From Verrucomicrobiia bacterium (GTDB taxonomy: Bacteria > Verrucomicrobiota > Verrucomicrobiia > JABWAM01), in NCBI GenBank assembly GCA_020849895.1, contig JADZFN010000012.1, positions 7,258-71,257 on the forward strand: a stretch of DNA of 64,000 bases, read 5' to 3'. Within the stretch, counting starts at the first letter, position 1, and each line of letters opens with the position of its first letter. Positions 19,346-28,723 of the stretch are shown in pieces. Under the pieces are notes generated by a model. That model did no database searches. It was given only the letters and a program-made list of their open reading frames with translations, and was not told where the DNA came from. The translations under genes and the position numbers were made by a program.

Positions 19346-22300
19346 CTATCGGACCCGGATCAACCGTCGTCCATTGGCCAAGGCCTCCTCGGTGAAGGAT
19401 GTCGTGATCCCCCCGGTCTCGTCGATGACCGAGCTCGCGGCCTTCCAGGTAGCGCCCTCGTCGGCGGAGACCTCCACTTGTCTTCCCGGGAGGGTGAGGG
19501 TGCAGGCCGCGTTCGCACGGAGCTCGAAGACACCCGGGCCCCGCGCGTCGAGGCGCCGCAGGAAAAGGTGCGCGGCGACTGAAACCCGGTCGCCGGGGCC
19601 CTGGTCGTGGAAAACCACCATACGGCGTCCATCCCCGTCGGAATCCGGCAGGTCCGCCTCCTGGAGTTTGCGGCCTTCCACGCGCAGCCGGTAGGTGTCA
19701 CCCGGCATGTCGACGGTCCACTCGCGATCCCCCCGCTCGTTGCGGACAAGTTGCTGGTGGTAGGGCCAGCCGGGGTGCGGATCATTGGACGCGTCGAGGT
19801 ACTCTCGGGGGTGCTGGCGGGTGAAGAACATCAGGCCGTCCTCGCGGATCCGGGTGACCTCGAGATCGAGCATCTTCTCGCCGGGCTGGACCTCCACGAG
19901 GGTCTTGCCATCCGGCGCAAACTTGCGCTGCTTTTCCGTCGCAATCATGGCCAAGGTCAACTTGCCGTCCCCGTTGGCGTCCGTCACGTCCTGCTGCAAG
20001 AGGGTGTTCTGGTGGCGTCGTGCCGCGGGCCATCCGGTGTAGAAGAACCGGTCGCCGAGGGTGACCGAGACGCGGCCGATCGCTTTTCCCGCCTCGTTGA
20101 CCGCGGTCGTTCCCTCATACGCCTCGGGGTGATAGCTGTGCAGGTACGGGGGAACATCCAGCTCGGCGAACCCCTCCTTCGCGTCCAGGCGTCCCACACC
20201 GCCCTGGTAGACGGCCGAGGGGCGGTCGAACTCCAAGCGCGTGCCGTTGATGCGGGCCGCTTTCCGCGTGGTCTGGTGGCGGGGGTTGGCCACCTCAAGG
20301 ATCTCGCCATCGAGCAGCCGGGCCGGCCACGCGTCGCTCAGGGTGGCGATCCGTCCGCCGTCCGTCGTCGCCCTGATCTCCGAGCGGTATTCCGCCCGCG
20401 CGAGCCTCGCGGAAATCCCGGAGTGGGAGACCTCCGTCCCTCCCACGAGGCCGAGCAGCCGCAACCCTCGGGCATCCCGGGAGATGAACGCGAGATTTCC
20501 AGAAGCCCGCGCGTTTCCTTCGATCGCAGCGGACTTCGTGCGATCCGGGCCGGAGAAGAGAAGGTCGGTCTGACCGAACGCGGTCTTCACCTCGATCGCG
20601 ACGGCCCGGGTGGCGCCCTCGCCCGCGTTCTCAACCTTCAACTGTCTCACCGAGGTCACAAAGGGCTGGCCCGCGTACGGTTCGATCACCGAGGGATAGA
20701 CCGAGCCCGAGACCTCCGCACCGTCGCGGCGCACGTAAAGGAACGGAAAATTGTAGAAGCGCGAATCCATTTTCTTCGCGTACCAGTTGGCCACCATCAC
20801 CTTCTCCCCGCCGTGGCCGAGGAGGTGGACCTTCGTGAATTTCTCGGGGGCGGCCGGGTCGTACGATTTCCCGGACATCGCTCGCTCGGCGTTGCCCAGC
20901 TTGATCCCGTTCACGACCTCTTCCTTGCGCCGCAGTTTCCAGGTCGCCTCCAGCACCTCGGGGGCGACCCCCTCCCTTGCAGTGCCCTCGAGGTGCTCCT
21001 TCAGGTAGCGCTGGGCGACCCCACTCGTCGCCGGCGCCAGTCCGGCGTTGCTGGTGAACTCCTCCGAGACACACCCGTGGAAACACCAGGTGTGCGTCCT
21101 TCCGCCCCGGACGCGGAAGACATCGAACAGGTAGCCGCTGGGGGTTCTCTCCCTTCCGTTTCCCGGGTCGCACATCACCTGCAGCACGCCGCGTGCGTAG
21201 AGAGAGACCTGCGGGTGCGTCTCGGCCCTGGCCCCGCCGAGCACGTACTGCGCGCCCGGCAGTGGTTTGAAGGCGTCCAGCCACCCGAGGGCGGTCGTGT
21301 TCTGCGGCCCGCCGGAGAAATCCTGCTCGTCCACCTGGACGACGTTGTGCACGTACGAACTCATGCACGACGGGTGGCCGTACCGCCCAAGATGCCGACC
21401 TCCAAGATCGCTGCTCATTCGGAAACCGTGCGCGTATACCTCCAGGTCAAGGGTGTCGGGGTGCGCGTGCCCCGAACCGATTCCAAAGCGCAGCATCGCC
21501 GCGTTCTTGTGCCGCAGGTCCTCCGCGTCGGAGCCTTCCTCCAGCACGGCGATCCCGAAACCCTCGAGGACCCGGCTCGCGGCGTGGCGGACCGGGTCTC
21601 GTCCTGCCTGCGCAGCCTTCACGATCTGCTGCCATTCCGCGTCCGGGCAGGCGCCCTGGCCCATTTGGTTCGCAAGCACCCAGGCGATCCGCGGGTCTTT
21701 CGTCCATTCCCAGCTTCGGAGGAAGTACTCGCGCCACGCGGGGTCGTACATGAGCTTCGGGGCGAGGGTCGGCGTACCTACGTCGCCCACGCCCGCCGCA
21801 TGCCCGCCGGCCACGTGCAGCCCGAGGATCGAGGCCGCCTGCGCGGCGAGTTGCGGGAAGCGGGACGGGTTGACCACGTCGAAGCGCTTGTCCCCGCCCG
21901 CCGAGACGTGGCGGGCCAGCAAGTCCGCCACCTCGAAGAGTTCGTCCTTCGACTCGAAAGGGGCGTAGTAAGTCGAGCCGATGTAGTTCAGGCCGTCGCG
22001 GCTGTAGTTCCCCACCACGCTGTCGGGAAAACCGCAGAGAGTGTTGCGCAAGTAGATGCGTCGGAAGTATCCGTCAAGGATCCGCGTGCTGACTTCGTTC
22101 GGGCCAAGCACGGCCGCCGAGACGGGGACCACGGTCTGCGCGTAGAAGACGTGCTGCACGCCGTCCTGCGCCCCGCGCTGCACCAGGAAGGTGTCCAGCA
22201 GGCGAATGACGTCTTCCGGCGACCTCACCCAGGGGATGAACCGCCCCAGGCGCGCGGCGAGCTCGGCGTTTCCCTGGATGTAGGGGAAGAGCTTGTCGTA

Positions 22301-23626
22301 AGCGTGGCAGAGCCGGACATACTCGGGGCCGCTCCATTGCCCCGCGGGGCCGCGACCACCCTCGCCCGCCCTGAAGGCCCGTCCAGGGTAGTAGATGTTC
22401 TCCACCGCGTGCAGCTTGTAGTCGTAGCCGGGAAACCGGTACGCGACCGCGGCCAGAAGGAACGCGGCGTCCGCCGCGGCCCCGAGGTCGTCATAGAGCA
22501 GGTAGCGGTCCGCAAGGGAGGGCTTCTCGGGATCGCCGCCGCACAACGCCCCCATCATCGCGGCGTATCGGCTGCCGATATGGCGCGGAAGGATACCGTA
22601 GTTGAACGAGGCCTCGAGGCCGGTCTTCTCTTTCTCGTAGAAGAAACCGCCGCCGTCTTCCGGAAAGGGCCAGGGCGCGGGCAGCGGGCGGCCCGCGCGG
22701 TAATCCGCCATCGTGTATCCCAACGCGAGGGTGCGGTTGGTGAGCGTGCCCGGCTGATCCCAGACCGCGCCATGGGCGCTCACCCAGTTGCCGAGGGGCT
22801 TCCCAAGGACTTTCTCCTGATGGGAGATCGCCTGCTTGAGCATGTCCGACGCCTTCGGCGCGCATATATCGAGGAGGTAGTAGTTCCCGCAATTCGCGTT
22901 GATGGGCATCAGCGACTCGTTCCAGATCACCCGGTCGCGCGCCGCACGCACTTCCATCGAAAGGGGCGCGGACTGGACCGGCGCGTGGACCCTTCCCCCT
23001 TTCGCGGCAGTCGCCCGAAGCTGTTGGATTTCCTCGGGCGTGGAGAGCGTACGGCGGTTCTTGAGCGCGCGGAACGCGAAGTTCGCAAGAGGGTTGCGCA
23101 ACTCCACGCGGTCGACCACCAACTCGCGGATCCGTCCGCGCGGGCCAAGATAGATTTCGGCAGAGTAGCCCCGCTCCTCGGGCGTGTGGAAGTAGATGCG
23201 GGCGACGTGCTCGTACAGGCCGCGTTCGGGGAGCGGCACGCGAAGCCGGTACTCCTCCGCCCCGCCCCCGGGGGCGCTGTTCACCTTCAGGTGGAGGTAG
23301 AGCGGCACGGCCTCCCGCGTGCCCGGTCCCGCCACAAACGGGTCGGGACCGCCAAGCCGGGCGGCAACATGCACACTGTGCATCCCCACGGGCAGGCGGC
23401 CAAGTTCGAGCCTGAAGCCCGAGCCTTCCCCCGCGAGGAGCACGGCCTTGCCTCCGCTGGCGGCCCGATCGTCGATAACCCTGGCCGCGCCCAGCGCCGG
23501 GAGGGTTTCCGCCTCGAACGACCGAACCAAGGGGTCCGGCTCGAGCACCTGGGTCAGCGTGTCGAGGTGGGCGAACGCCGTCGGGACAGCGAGCAGGCAG
23601 GCAAGCGGAACAGCGGGGAGCCTCAT
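19346..23626 (-). CDS. large secreted heparinase II/III-like family protein (putative polysaccharide lyase, 1426 aa)
   Basis: Signal peptide MRLPAVPLACLLAVPTAFA. Hepar_II_III core IGSGHAHPDTLDLEVYAHGFRMSSDLGG. Its ATG overlaps the upstream stop (ATGA). The antisense 1435-aa ORF is shadow. Confidence 0.65.
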   Translation of the reverse strand: MRLPAVPLACLLAVPTAFAHLDTLTQVLEPDPLVRSFEAETLPALGAARVIDDRAASGGKAVLLAGEGSGFRLELGRLPVGMHSVHVAARLGGPDPFVAGPGTREAVPLYLHLKVNSAPGGGAEEYRLRVPLPERGLYEHVARIYFHTPEERGYSAEIYLGPRGRIRELVVDRVELRNPLANFAFRALKNRRTLSTPEEIQQLRATAAKGGRVHAPVQSAPLSMEVRAARDRVIWNESLMPINANCGNYYLLDICAPKASDMLKQAISHQEKVLGKPLGNWVSAHGAVWDQPGTLTNRTLALGYTMADYRAGRPLPAPWPFPEDGGGFFYEKEKTGLEASFNYGILPRHIGSRYAAMMGALCGGDPEKPSLADRYLLYDDLGAAADAAFLLAAVAYRFPGYDYKLHAVENIYYPGRAFRAGEGGRGPAGQWSGPEYVRLCHAYDKLFPYIQGNAELAARLGRFIPWVRSPEDVIRLLDTFLVQRGAQDGVQHVFYAQTVVPVSAAVLGPNEVSTRILDGYFRRIYLRNTLCGFPDSVVGNYSRDGLNYIGSTYYAPFESKDELFEVADLLARHVSAGGDKRFDVVNPSRFPQLAAQAASILGLHVAGGHAAGVGDVGTPTLAPKLMYDPAWREYFLRSWEWTKDPRIAWVLANQMGQGACPDAEWQQIVKAAQAGRDPVRHAASRVLEGFGIAVLEEGSDAEDLRHKNAAMLRFGIGSGHAHPDTLDLEVYAHGFRMSSDLGGRHLGRYGHPSCMSSYVHNVVQVDEQDFSGGPQNTTALGWLDAFKPLPGAQYVLGGARAETHPQVSLYARGVLQVMCDPGNGRERTPSGYLFDVFRVRGGRTHTWCFHGCVSEEFTSNAGLAPATSGVAQRYLKEHLEGTAREGVAPEVLEATWKLRRKEEVVNGIKLGNAERAMSGKSYDPAAPEKFTKVHLLGHGGEKVMVANWYAKKMDSRFYNFPFLYVRRDGAEVSGSVYPSVIEPYAGQPFVTSVRQLKVENAGEGATRAVAIEVKTAFGQTDLLFSGPDRTKSAAIEGNARASGNLAFISRDARGLRLLGLVGGTEVSHSGISARLARAEYRSEIRATTDGGRIATLSDAWPARLLDGEILEVANPRHQTTRKAARINGTRLEFDRPSAVYQGGVGRLDAKEGFAELDVPPYLHSYHPEAYEGTTAVNEAGKAIGRVSVTLGDRFFYTGWPAARRHQNTLLQQDVTDANGDGKLTLAMIATEKQRKFAPDGKTLVEVQPGEKMLDLEVTRIREDGLMFFTRQHPREYLDASNDPHPGWPYHQQLVRNERGDREWTVDMPGDTYRLRVEGRKLQEADLPDSDGDGRRMVVFHDQGPGDRVSVAAHLFLRRLDARGPGVFELRANAACTLTLPGRQVEVSADEGATWKAASSVIDETGGITTSFTEEALANGRRLIRVR

Positions 23627-24900
23627 GCGCGCCTCATGCCCGGCGCTCCCCGCGAAGGGGGACCGACCGCTGCCGACGGCGCCCGCGCCGAACGCTCGCG
23701 AGATCCGCGCCCCGCTGAGGGTTCCGCGGGCGGAGGCGGCGGGATGTCCACCGGGATTCTCGTTTCAACACTCCGGTCGATGGCCTCGCACAGGGCGACC
23801 GCGTTGCGCCCATCGAGGATGTCGGGGTGGACCTGGCGGTTGTTCCGGATCGCGTCCTCGATCAGCAGGGACATGCTCTTTTCGCCCCCGCCATGCGCCA
23901 CTCCCTGGGGATAGAAGTTGGCGCGCTCGACGCGGGCCGAGTCACGTGGGCGATACTCCAGGAAGAGCCGTTCGTCCATCGCGTAGCGGACGAAGATCGC
24001 GCCCCTGTCGCCGATCACCTCGTAGGTGGTCTGGTACTCGGGCGTGAACTGGCACTCGACGTAGCTGCAGCGCCCGCCCCCCTTGTAGTCGATGGTGGCG
24101 ATGGCGTTGTCGTAGACATTCGTCTCCCGCGCGAACACGCAGAGCGAATCGGGGAAGGGAAACGGCATCCCCCCGATGAGGGCCTTGTCGCCGTTCTCCG
24201 GACACGTGCCGCGCTCGTCGCACGCCCTGCACTTGAGGTCGTCCGGCTTGTCCCCGCCGAAGTGATCGAGGCCACCCGACGCGAAGACGCGCACGGGGTC
24301 GTCGCCCATGAAGAGGTTGCAGATGTCGAGGAAGTGGACCCCCTTCGCCAGCGTCAGCGACCGCACCTGGTCCTTCCGTCGATAGCGGGAGGCGCGGTAG
24401 AAGCACGCCCCCATGCCCACGCTGTCGAGGCAGGTCACCAGTCGCACCTTGCCGACCGCCCCCTCGTCGATGAGTCTCTTCGCTTCCTGGATCAGAGGAC
24501 AGGTGCGGATCTGCATGTCCACGATGCCGATCCTCCCCGATCGCCTCCACGCGGCCACTAGGCGGTCGGCTTCCTCGATGCTCTGGCACATCGGTTTGGC
24601 AACCTGGATGTTGAGACCCGCTTCTAGGCAGTCGATGGCATTCTGGGCATGGTGGTTGTCCCACGAGTTGATCGTCACCACGTCCGCGTCCGCGCGGGCA
24701 AGCCAGGACGTGAGATCGGACGTGAACTCCGCCTTCGCAGCCTTGTCTCCGAAGAACTGCTTTGCCTTGTCCAGCGCCGCGGGGCTGGGGTCCACCACCG
24801 CGACAACTTCGCAATGGACGAACCGGAGCCAGTAGTTGATGACATGTCGGCCCCGTTCGCCCGCCCCCAGGAGCGCGACTCGGATGGGATTTTTATGCAT
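23623..24900 (-). CDS. Gfo/Idh/MocA family NAD(P)-dependent oxidoreductase
   Basis: Rossmann N-terminus MHKNPIRVALLGAGERGRHV after the ATG at 24900. The track start at 24960 is upstream read-through. Pro-rich C-terminal tail. Overlaps the start of the lyase gene by 4 nt. Confidence 0.8.
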   Translation of the reverse strand: MHKNPIRVALLGAGERGRHVINYWLRFVHCEVVAVVDPSPAALDKAKQFFGDKAAKAEFTSDLTSWLARADADVVTINSWDNHHAQNAIDCLEAGLNIQVAKPMCQSIEEADRLVAAWRRSGRIGIVDMQIRTCPLIQEAKRLIDEGAVGKVRLVTCLDSVGMGACFYRASRYRRKDQVRSLTLAKGVHFLDICNLFMGDDPVRVFASGGLDHFGGDKPDDLKCRACDERGTCPENGDKALIGGMPFPFPDSLCVFARETNVYDNAIATIDYKGGGRCSYVECQFTPEYQTTYEVIGDRGAIFVRYAMDERLFLEYRPRDSARVERANFYPQGVAHGGGEKSMSLLIEDAIRNNRQVHPDILDGRNAVALCEAIDRSVETRIPVDIPPPPPAEPSAGRGSRERSARAPSAAVGPPSRGAPGMRRA

Positions 24901-24989
24901 GGGGAACTCCTTCCGCGGCGGCGACCTGCTCAAGCTTCCGTGGGCGTCGGCGACAGGCAAGGGGATTGCCGTAGGGAAATCATGGCCCG

Positions 24990-25007
24990 GACGGATTGGC
25001 CTACTCG
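24990..25007 (-). promoter_or_regulatory. conserved 18-bp promoter-region motif GACGGATTGGCCTACTCG (copy A), 89 nt upstream of the Gfo/Idh/MocA-lyase-GH28 operon start and just downstream of araC
   Basis: Identical to 17876..17893. Lies in the 111-nt araC-operon spacer. Confidence 0.45.
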
Positions 25008-25011
25008 GGTT

Positions 25012-25884
25012 TCATGCCCCCCTTCCCCGGGCCACGCTGCCACGGCGCTGGGCAAACGAAGCGGTCGGGTTGGTCCCAAAGTGTTCCTTGAACGCCTTGC
25101 TGAAGTCGTTGGGATAGTGGTAACCCAACTGGTACGCGACTTCCTTCACCGACATCTGCCGCAGCATCTCCCTGGCGCGCTCCATCTTGAGCTGCTGGAA
25201 GAAGGCCGCGGGCGACCTCCCGAGGCCATCCAGAAAGGCGCGCCGAAGCGTCGAGGGGGAGACCTGCAGGTAGTCGCAGATATGATGGACGGGGTTGGCG
25301 ACTTCCAGGTGCTCCCGCATCCAACGGACCGCGAGGGCGCACGGTCCTTCCTGCGACAACACCGATATCCCCGCCCCGCGGGAACGCGCCAGCGCCACTT
25401 CCAGCGCCAGGCGCAGGTGCTTGAGGGCGAGCGGCGTGAACTGGTCCGAATAAAAGACCTCCTGGCGACATTCGGCGTGGATCTGCTCGAGACGGCGCAC
25501 GACCCCCGGGCTCGCCTTCCAGCGGAGCAATCCCTTCCGCGGGGGAATGCAGGCCTCGCAGGCCGGCGGGGCCTCCCACTGCCACACCAGCACGTTCGAC
25601 TGACGGTCGCTCACGTCCCACAGCGACTGAACGCACCCCGGCGCGAACACGAAGACGTCGTTCGCTCCCACGGGAAACTCCTTCAGCCCCCAGCGGAGGA
25701 TGGGATTGCCCCGGCGGATCACGTGCCAGCCCCACGCCGTGGCCGGCACGTGCGGGGAAGGTTTCTGCCCATAGAACCGGTGGCCCCACGCGAGGTAGAG
25801 AAGATCGAGACGCGAGCCGCGGGGACGCATCCAGTGGAGCCGGTGCGGCGTGGGGAACGTGGAGACCTGGACCGGATCGTCCAT
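25012..25884 (-). CDS. AraC family transcriptional regulator
   Basis: C-terminal AraC HTH (ICDYLQVSPSTLRRAFLDGLGRSPAAFFQQLKMERAREMLRQMSVKEVAYQLGYHYPNDFSKAFKEHFGTNP). Cupin-like N-terminal part. ATG at 25884 (MDDPVQV). Confidence 0.85.
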   Translation of the reverse strand: MDDPVQVSTFPTPHRLHWMRPRGSRLDLLYLAWGHRFYGQKPSPHVPATAWGWHVIRRGNPILRWGLKEFPVGANDVFVFAPGCVQSLWDVSDRQSNVLVWQWEAPPACEACIPPRKGLLRWKASPGVVRRLEQIHAECRQEVFYSDQFTPLALKHLRLALEVALARSRGAGISVLSQEGPCALAVRWMREHLEVANPVHHICDYLQVSPSTLRRAFLDGLGRSPAAFFQQLKMERAREMLRQMSVKEVAYQLGYHYPNDFSKAFKEHFGTNPTASFAQRRGSVARGRGA

Positions 25885-26063
25885 CCGTCCGGTCAGCCTA
25901 CCCCTCCTGCGCCAAGAGGGCAATCCTCCGCTTTCTGCACGGCGGACGGGTGCGCGACAACAAGGTTGGCGAACCGCGTCCGATGGGTCTCTGATTGGAG
26001 CCGCGACGCCCCCGTCGCGCCCTGTCCTAAATTAGGAAGGGCCGCAGTTCGGTGAGCGAGAAG

Positions 26064-26137
26064 TGGCTACCCGAGAAGGATTCGAACCTTCACTAAAGGC
26101 TCCAAAGGCCTCTGTGCTACCATTACACCATCGGGTA
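26064..26137 (-). tRNA. tRNA-Gln (anticodon UUG)
   Basis: Cloverleaf folded by hand: acceptor UACCCGA/UCGGGUA with the U1:A72 pair typical of bacterial tRNA-Gln, D-arm GUG-UAAUGGUAG-CAC, anticodon stem GAGGC/GCCUU with loop CUUUGGA, T-arm GAAGG-UUCGAAU-CCUUC, discriminator G, CCA encoded. Confidence 0.85.
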
Positions 26138-26246
26138 GAACGAAGTTCATGGTAGGGCGAAGAAGGCCGCCGCGCAAGGCCGCGCGAACAGCCGACGGAG
26201 CGCTGGCGCACCACAGTTTTTGCAGTCCCGTTCGCGAACGGCGAAT

Positions 26247-26792
26247 TCAGGCCCGGATGCCCGAGCCGCCTGCATCCACGCGGCGACGGTAGACGCGAAC
26301 AACGTCCGCAGCGACCGCGCGCGGCGGGCGATTCGAGCCTTCCACACTCAACGGGATCGCATCGTAAAGCGGCTGCCGCTTCGCGAACAGCTCGCGCAGG
26401 CGCGCTTCACCGTCAGGCCCCGCCACCAGCGGGCGGTGGCCGTGGCCGCGCGCACGCGCCCAGGCGCACTCCGGGGTGACGTGCAGATGCACAATCACGC
26501 CCGCCACGCCGAGCCGCTCGAGGTTGACGGGGCGGAGCACGATCCCTCCACCGGTCGCGATCACCTGCCCCCGCCTCTCCGCCACCTCCGTGGCGACCTT
26601 CGACTCGATCCGGCGGAACTCCTCCTCGCCGCACGTCTCGAAGATGCGGGTGATCGTCGCGCCTTCGCGCTGCTCGATCTCGTGGTCGAGATCCACGAAA
26701 CGCAGCCCGAGATCGGCGGCGGCGAGGCGCCCGACCGAGCTTTTCCCAGAGCCCATGAAACCCACGAGAACCAGGTTCGGACGCGTGTCCAT
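26247..26792 (-). CDS. aroK: shikimate kinase
   Basis: MDTRPNLVLVGFMGSGKSSVGR (P-loop) after the ATG at 26792. The remainder of the 596-aa track ORF is antisense of polX. Confidence 0.85.
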   Translation of the reverse strand: MDTRPNLVLVGFMGSGKSSVGRLAAADLGLRFVDLDHEIEQREGATITRIFETCGEEEFRRIESKVATEVAERRGQVIATGGGIVLRPVNLERLGVAGVIVHLHVTPECAWARARGHGHRPLVAGPDGEARLRELFAKRQPLYDAIPLSVEGSNRPPRAVAADVVRVYRRRVDAGGSGIRA

Positions 26793-26909
26793 GACGAAAA
26801 CATACCAGAAGCCGGCGGGCCTTTCACTCAAGACTCTCCCTCCTTCGTGTGATCGCGCGGCTCCTCCGATGCTTTGCAGCGCAGCAAGACACCTGATACG
26901 GTTTCCACG

Positions 26910-28649
26910 ATGGACAAGAACGCGATCGCCAAGATGCTGCGCGAGATCGGGGTGCTCCTCGATCTCAAGGGCGAAAACCGCTTCAAGTCGCTCGCCTACG
27001 CGAACGCCGCGCGCACGCTCGAAACCCTTCAGGAAGACTTCGATGTCCTCGTCGCCCAAGGCCGTCTCGGCGAACTCAAGGGCATCGGCGCGGAGCTTTC
27101 CAAGAAGATCGCTGAACTCCATGCCACCGGACACCTCCCTTACTACGAAGAACTCAAGGCCTCGTTTCCGACGGGTCTGCTTGATTGCCTCCGCATCCCG
27201 GGGCTTGGCCCCAAGAAAGTAAAGACGCTCTGGGAGCGCCTCCAGATTGATTCGCTCGGCGATCTCAAGCTCGCCTGCGACCGCGGCGTGATTGCCGGAC
27301 TCGACGGGTTCGGCGAGAAGACTCAGGCGAAGATCCTCGAAGGGATCGCCAACCTCGACAAATACCGGGGGCAGTTCCTGCTCCTCGAGGCCGAAGCCGC
27401 CGCCGCGCCGCTCCTCGCCGCCCTGCGCGTCTGCAAGGCCGCGCGACGCGTCGAGATCGCCGGCAGCCTCCGCCGCCGCAAAGAGGTGGTGCGCGATCTC
27501 GATTTCGTCGTCGCTACCGAGGCGCCCAACGTCGTGATGGACGCCTTCTTCGCCGCGCCCGGCGCGGGAAAGATCGTCGCCCGCGGGCCGACCAAGGCGA
27601 GCCTGCTCCTCGAAAACGGGATGCAGGCCGACGTGCGCTGCGTGACGCCCGACGAGTTCCCGTTCGCCCTCGCCTACTTCACAGGATCGAAGGAACACAA
27701 CATCGCGATGCGCCAGCGCGCGATCGAACAAAAGCTCAAGCTCAACGAATACGGATTGTTCCCTCTCGTCGAAGGAAAGGAAAAAACCCTTCCCTGCCGG
27801 GATGAGGCGGATCTCTACCGCGCGCTCGGCCTCGCCTGCGTGCCGCCCGAGCTCCGCGAGGACCTGGGCGAGTTCGCAGCCGCCGAAAAGGATGCCCTGC
27901 CTCGCCTCGTCCGCGCGGACGACCTGCGCGGCGTGTTCCACTGCCATACAACGGCGAGCGACGGCCGAAATTCCCTCGAAGAGATGGCTCGCGCCGCGAT
28001 CGCGCTCGGTTGGGAATACCTCGGCATCGCCGACCACAGCAAGACATCAGCCATCGCCCATGGCCTCGATGCGAAACGCCTCGCCAGGCAGGGCAAGGAG
28101 ATCGCCGCACTCAACCGGCGCCTCGCCGACGAAGGGATCCGATTCCGCGTCTTTGCGGGCAGCGAGGTGGATATCCTCGCCGACGGGCGCCTCGATTTTT
28201 CCGACGACGTGCTGGCGGGCCTCGACTTCGTGGTCGCCTCGATCCACCAGGGTTTCGGAAGCGAGGAGGCGAAGCAGACCACGCGCATCCTCCGCGCGCT
28301 GGAAAATCCGCATGTGACCATGCTGGGGCACGCCACGGGACGTCTACTCCTCGGCCGCGAGCCGCTCCGCCTCGATCTCACCGCGATCCTCGAAGCGGCG
28401 GCGAAAAAGAAGGTCGTCATCGAGTTCAACACAACCCCTTCGCGAATGGAACTCGACTGGCGCTGGTGGCGACGCGCGCGCGACCTCGGGGTGATGTGTT
28501 CCATCAATCCCGACGCGCATTCCACCGAACAGCTTCGCATGGCGCTCGACGGCACCGCCACCGCGAGCAAGGGGTGGCTCCGCCCCGAAGACGTCCTCAA
28601 CACCCGATCGCTCGCGAAGGTGGAAAAACTGCTCCTCCGACGGCGATAA
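26910..28649 (+). CDS. polX: family X DNA polymerase with C-terminal PHP phosphoesterase domain
   Basis: HhH/pol-beta fingers ([28 protein letters not shown]), nucleotidyltransferase core and a PHP domain (HCHTTASDG...ADHS). ATG at 26910 ([10 protein letters not shown]). Confidence 0.85.
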   Translation: MDKNAIAKMLREIGVLLDLKGENRFKSLAYANAARTLETLQEDFDVLVAQGRLGELKGIGAELSKKIAELHATGHLPYYEELKASFPTGLLDCLRIPGLGPKKVKTLWERLQIDSLGDLKLACDRGVIAGLDGFGEKTQAKILEGIANLDKYRGQFLLLEAEAAAAPLLAALRVCKAARRVEIAGSLRRRKEVVRDLDFVVATEAPNVVMDAFFAAPGAGKIVARGPTKASLLLENGMQADVRCVTPDEFPFALAYFTGSKEHNIAMRQRAIEQKLKLNEYGLFPLVEGKEKTLPCRDEADLYRALGLACVPPELREDLGEFAAAEKDALPRLVRADDLRGVFHCHTTASDGRNSLEEMARAAIALGWEYLGIADHSKTSAIAHGLDAKRLARQGKEIAALNRRLADEGIRFRVFAGSEVDILADGRLDFSDDVLAGLDFVVASIHQGFGSEEAKQTTRILRALENPHVTMLGHATGRLLLGREPLRLDLTAILEAAAKKKVVIEFNTTPSRMELDWRWWRRARDLGVMCSINPDAHSTEQLRMALDGTATASKGWLRPEDVLNTRSLAKVEKLLLRRR

Positions 28650-28723
28650 CCCGCGAACGGACCGGCCGGCGTCCGCATCCGCATTGCCGCGGAGGGCTTT
28701 CGGAGCTACGTTTCGCCCCTTTG

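Noticed and set aside
24961-25010. Degenerate REP-like sequence (GCCGTAGGGAAAT...GGCCTACTCG) overlapping the 18-bp motif copy A.
   Set aside because: Similarity to the REP consensus (GCCGTAGGGACACGGCGGGCTACC) is limited to the first 10 nt and lacks the palindromic partner. It was treated as coincidental.
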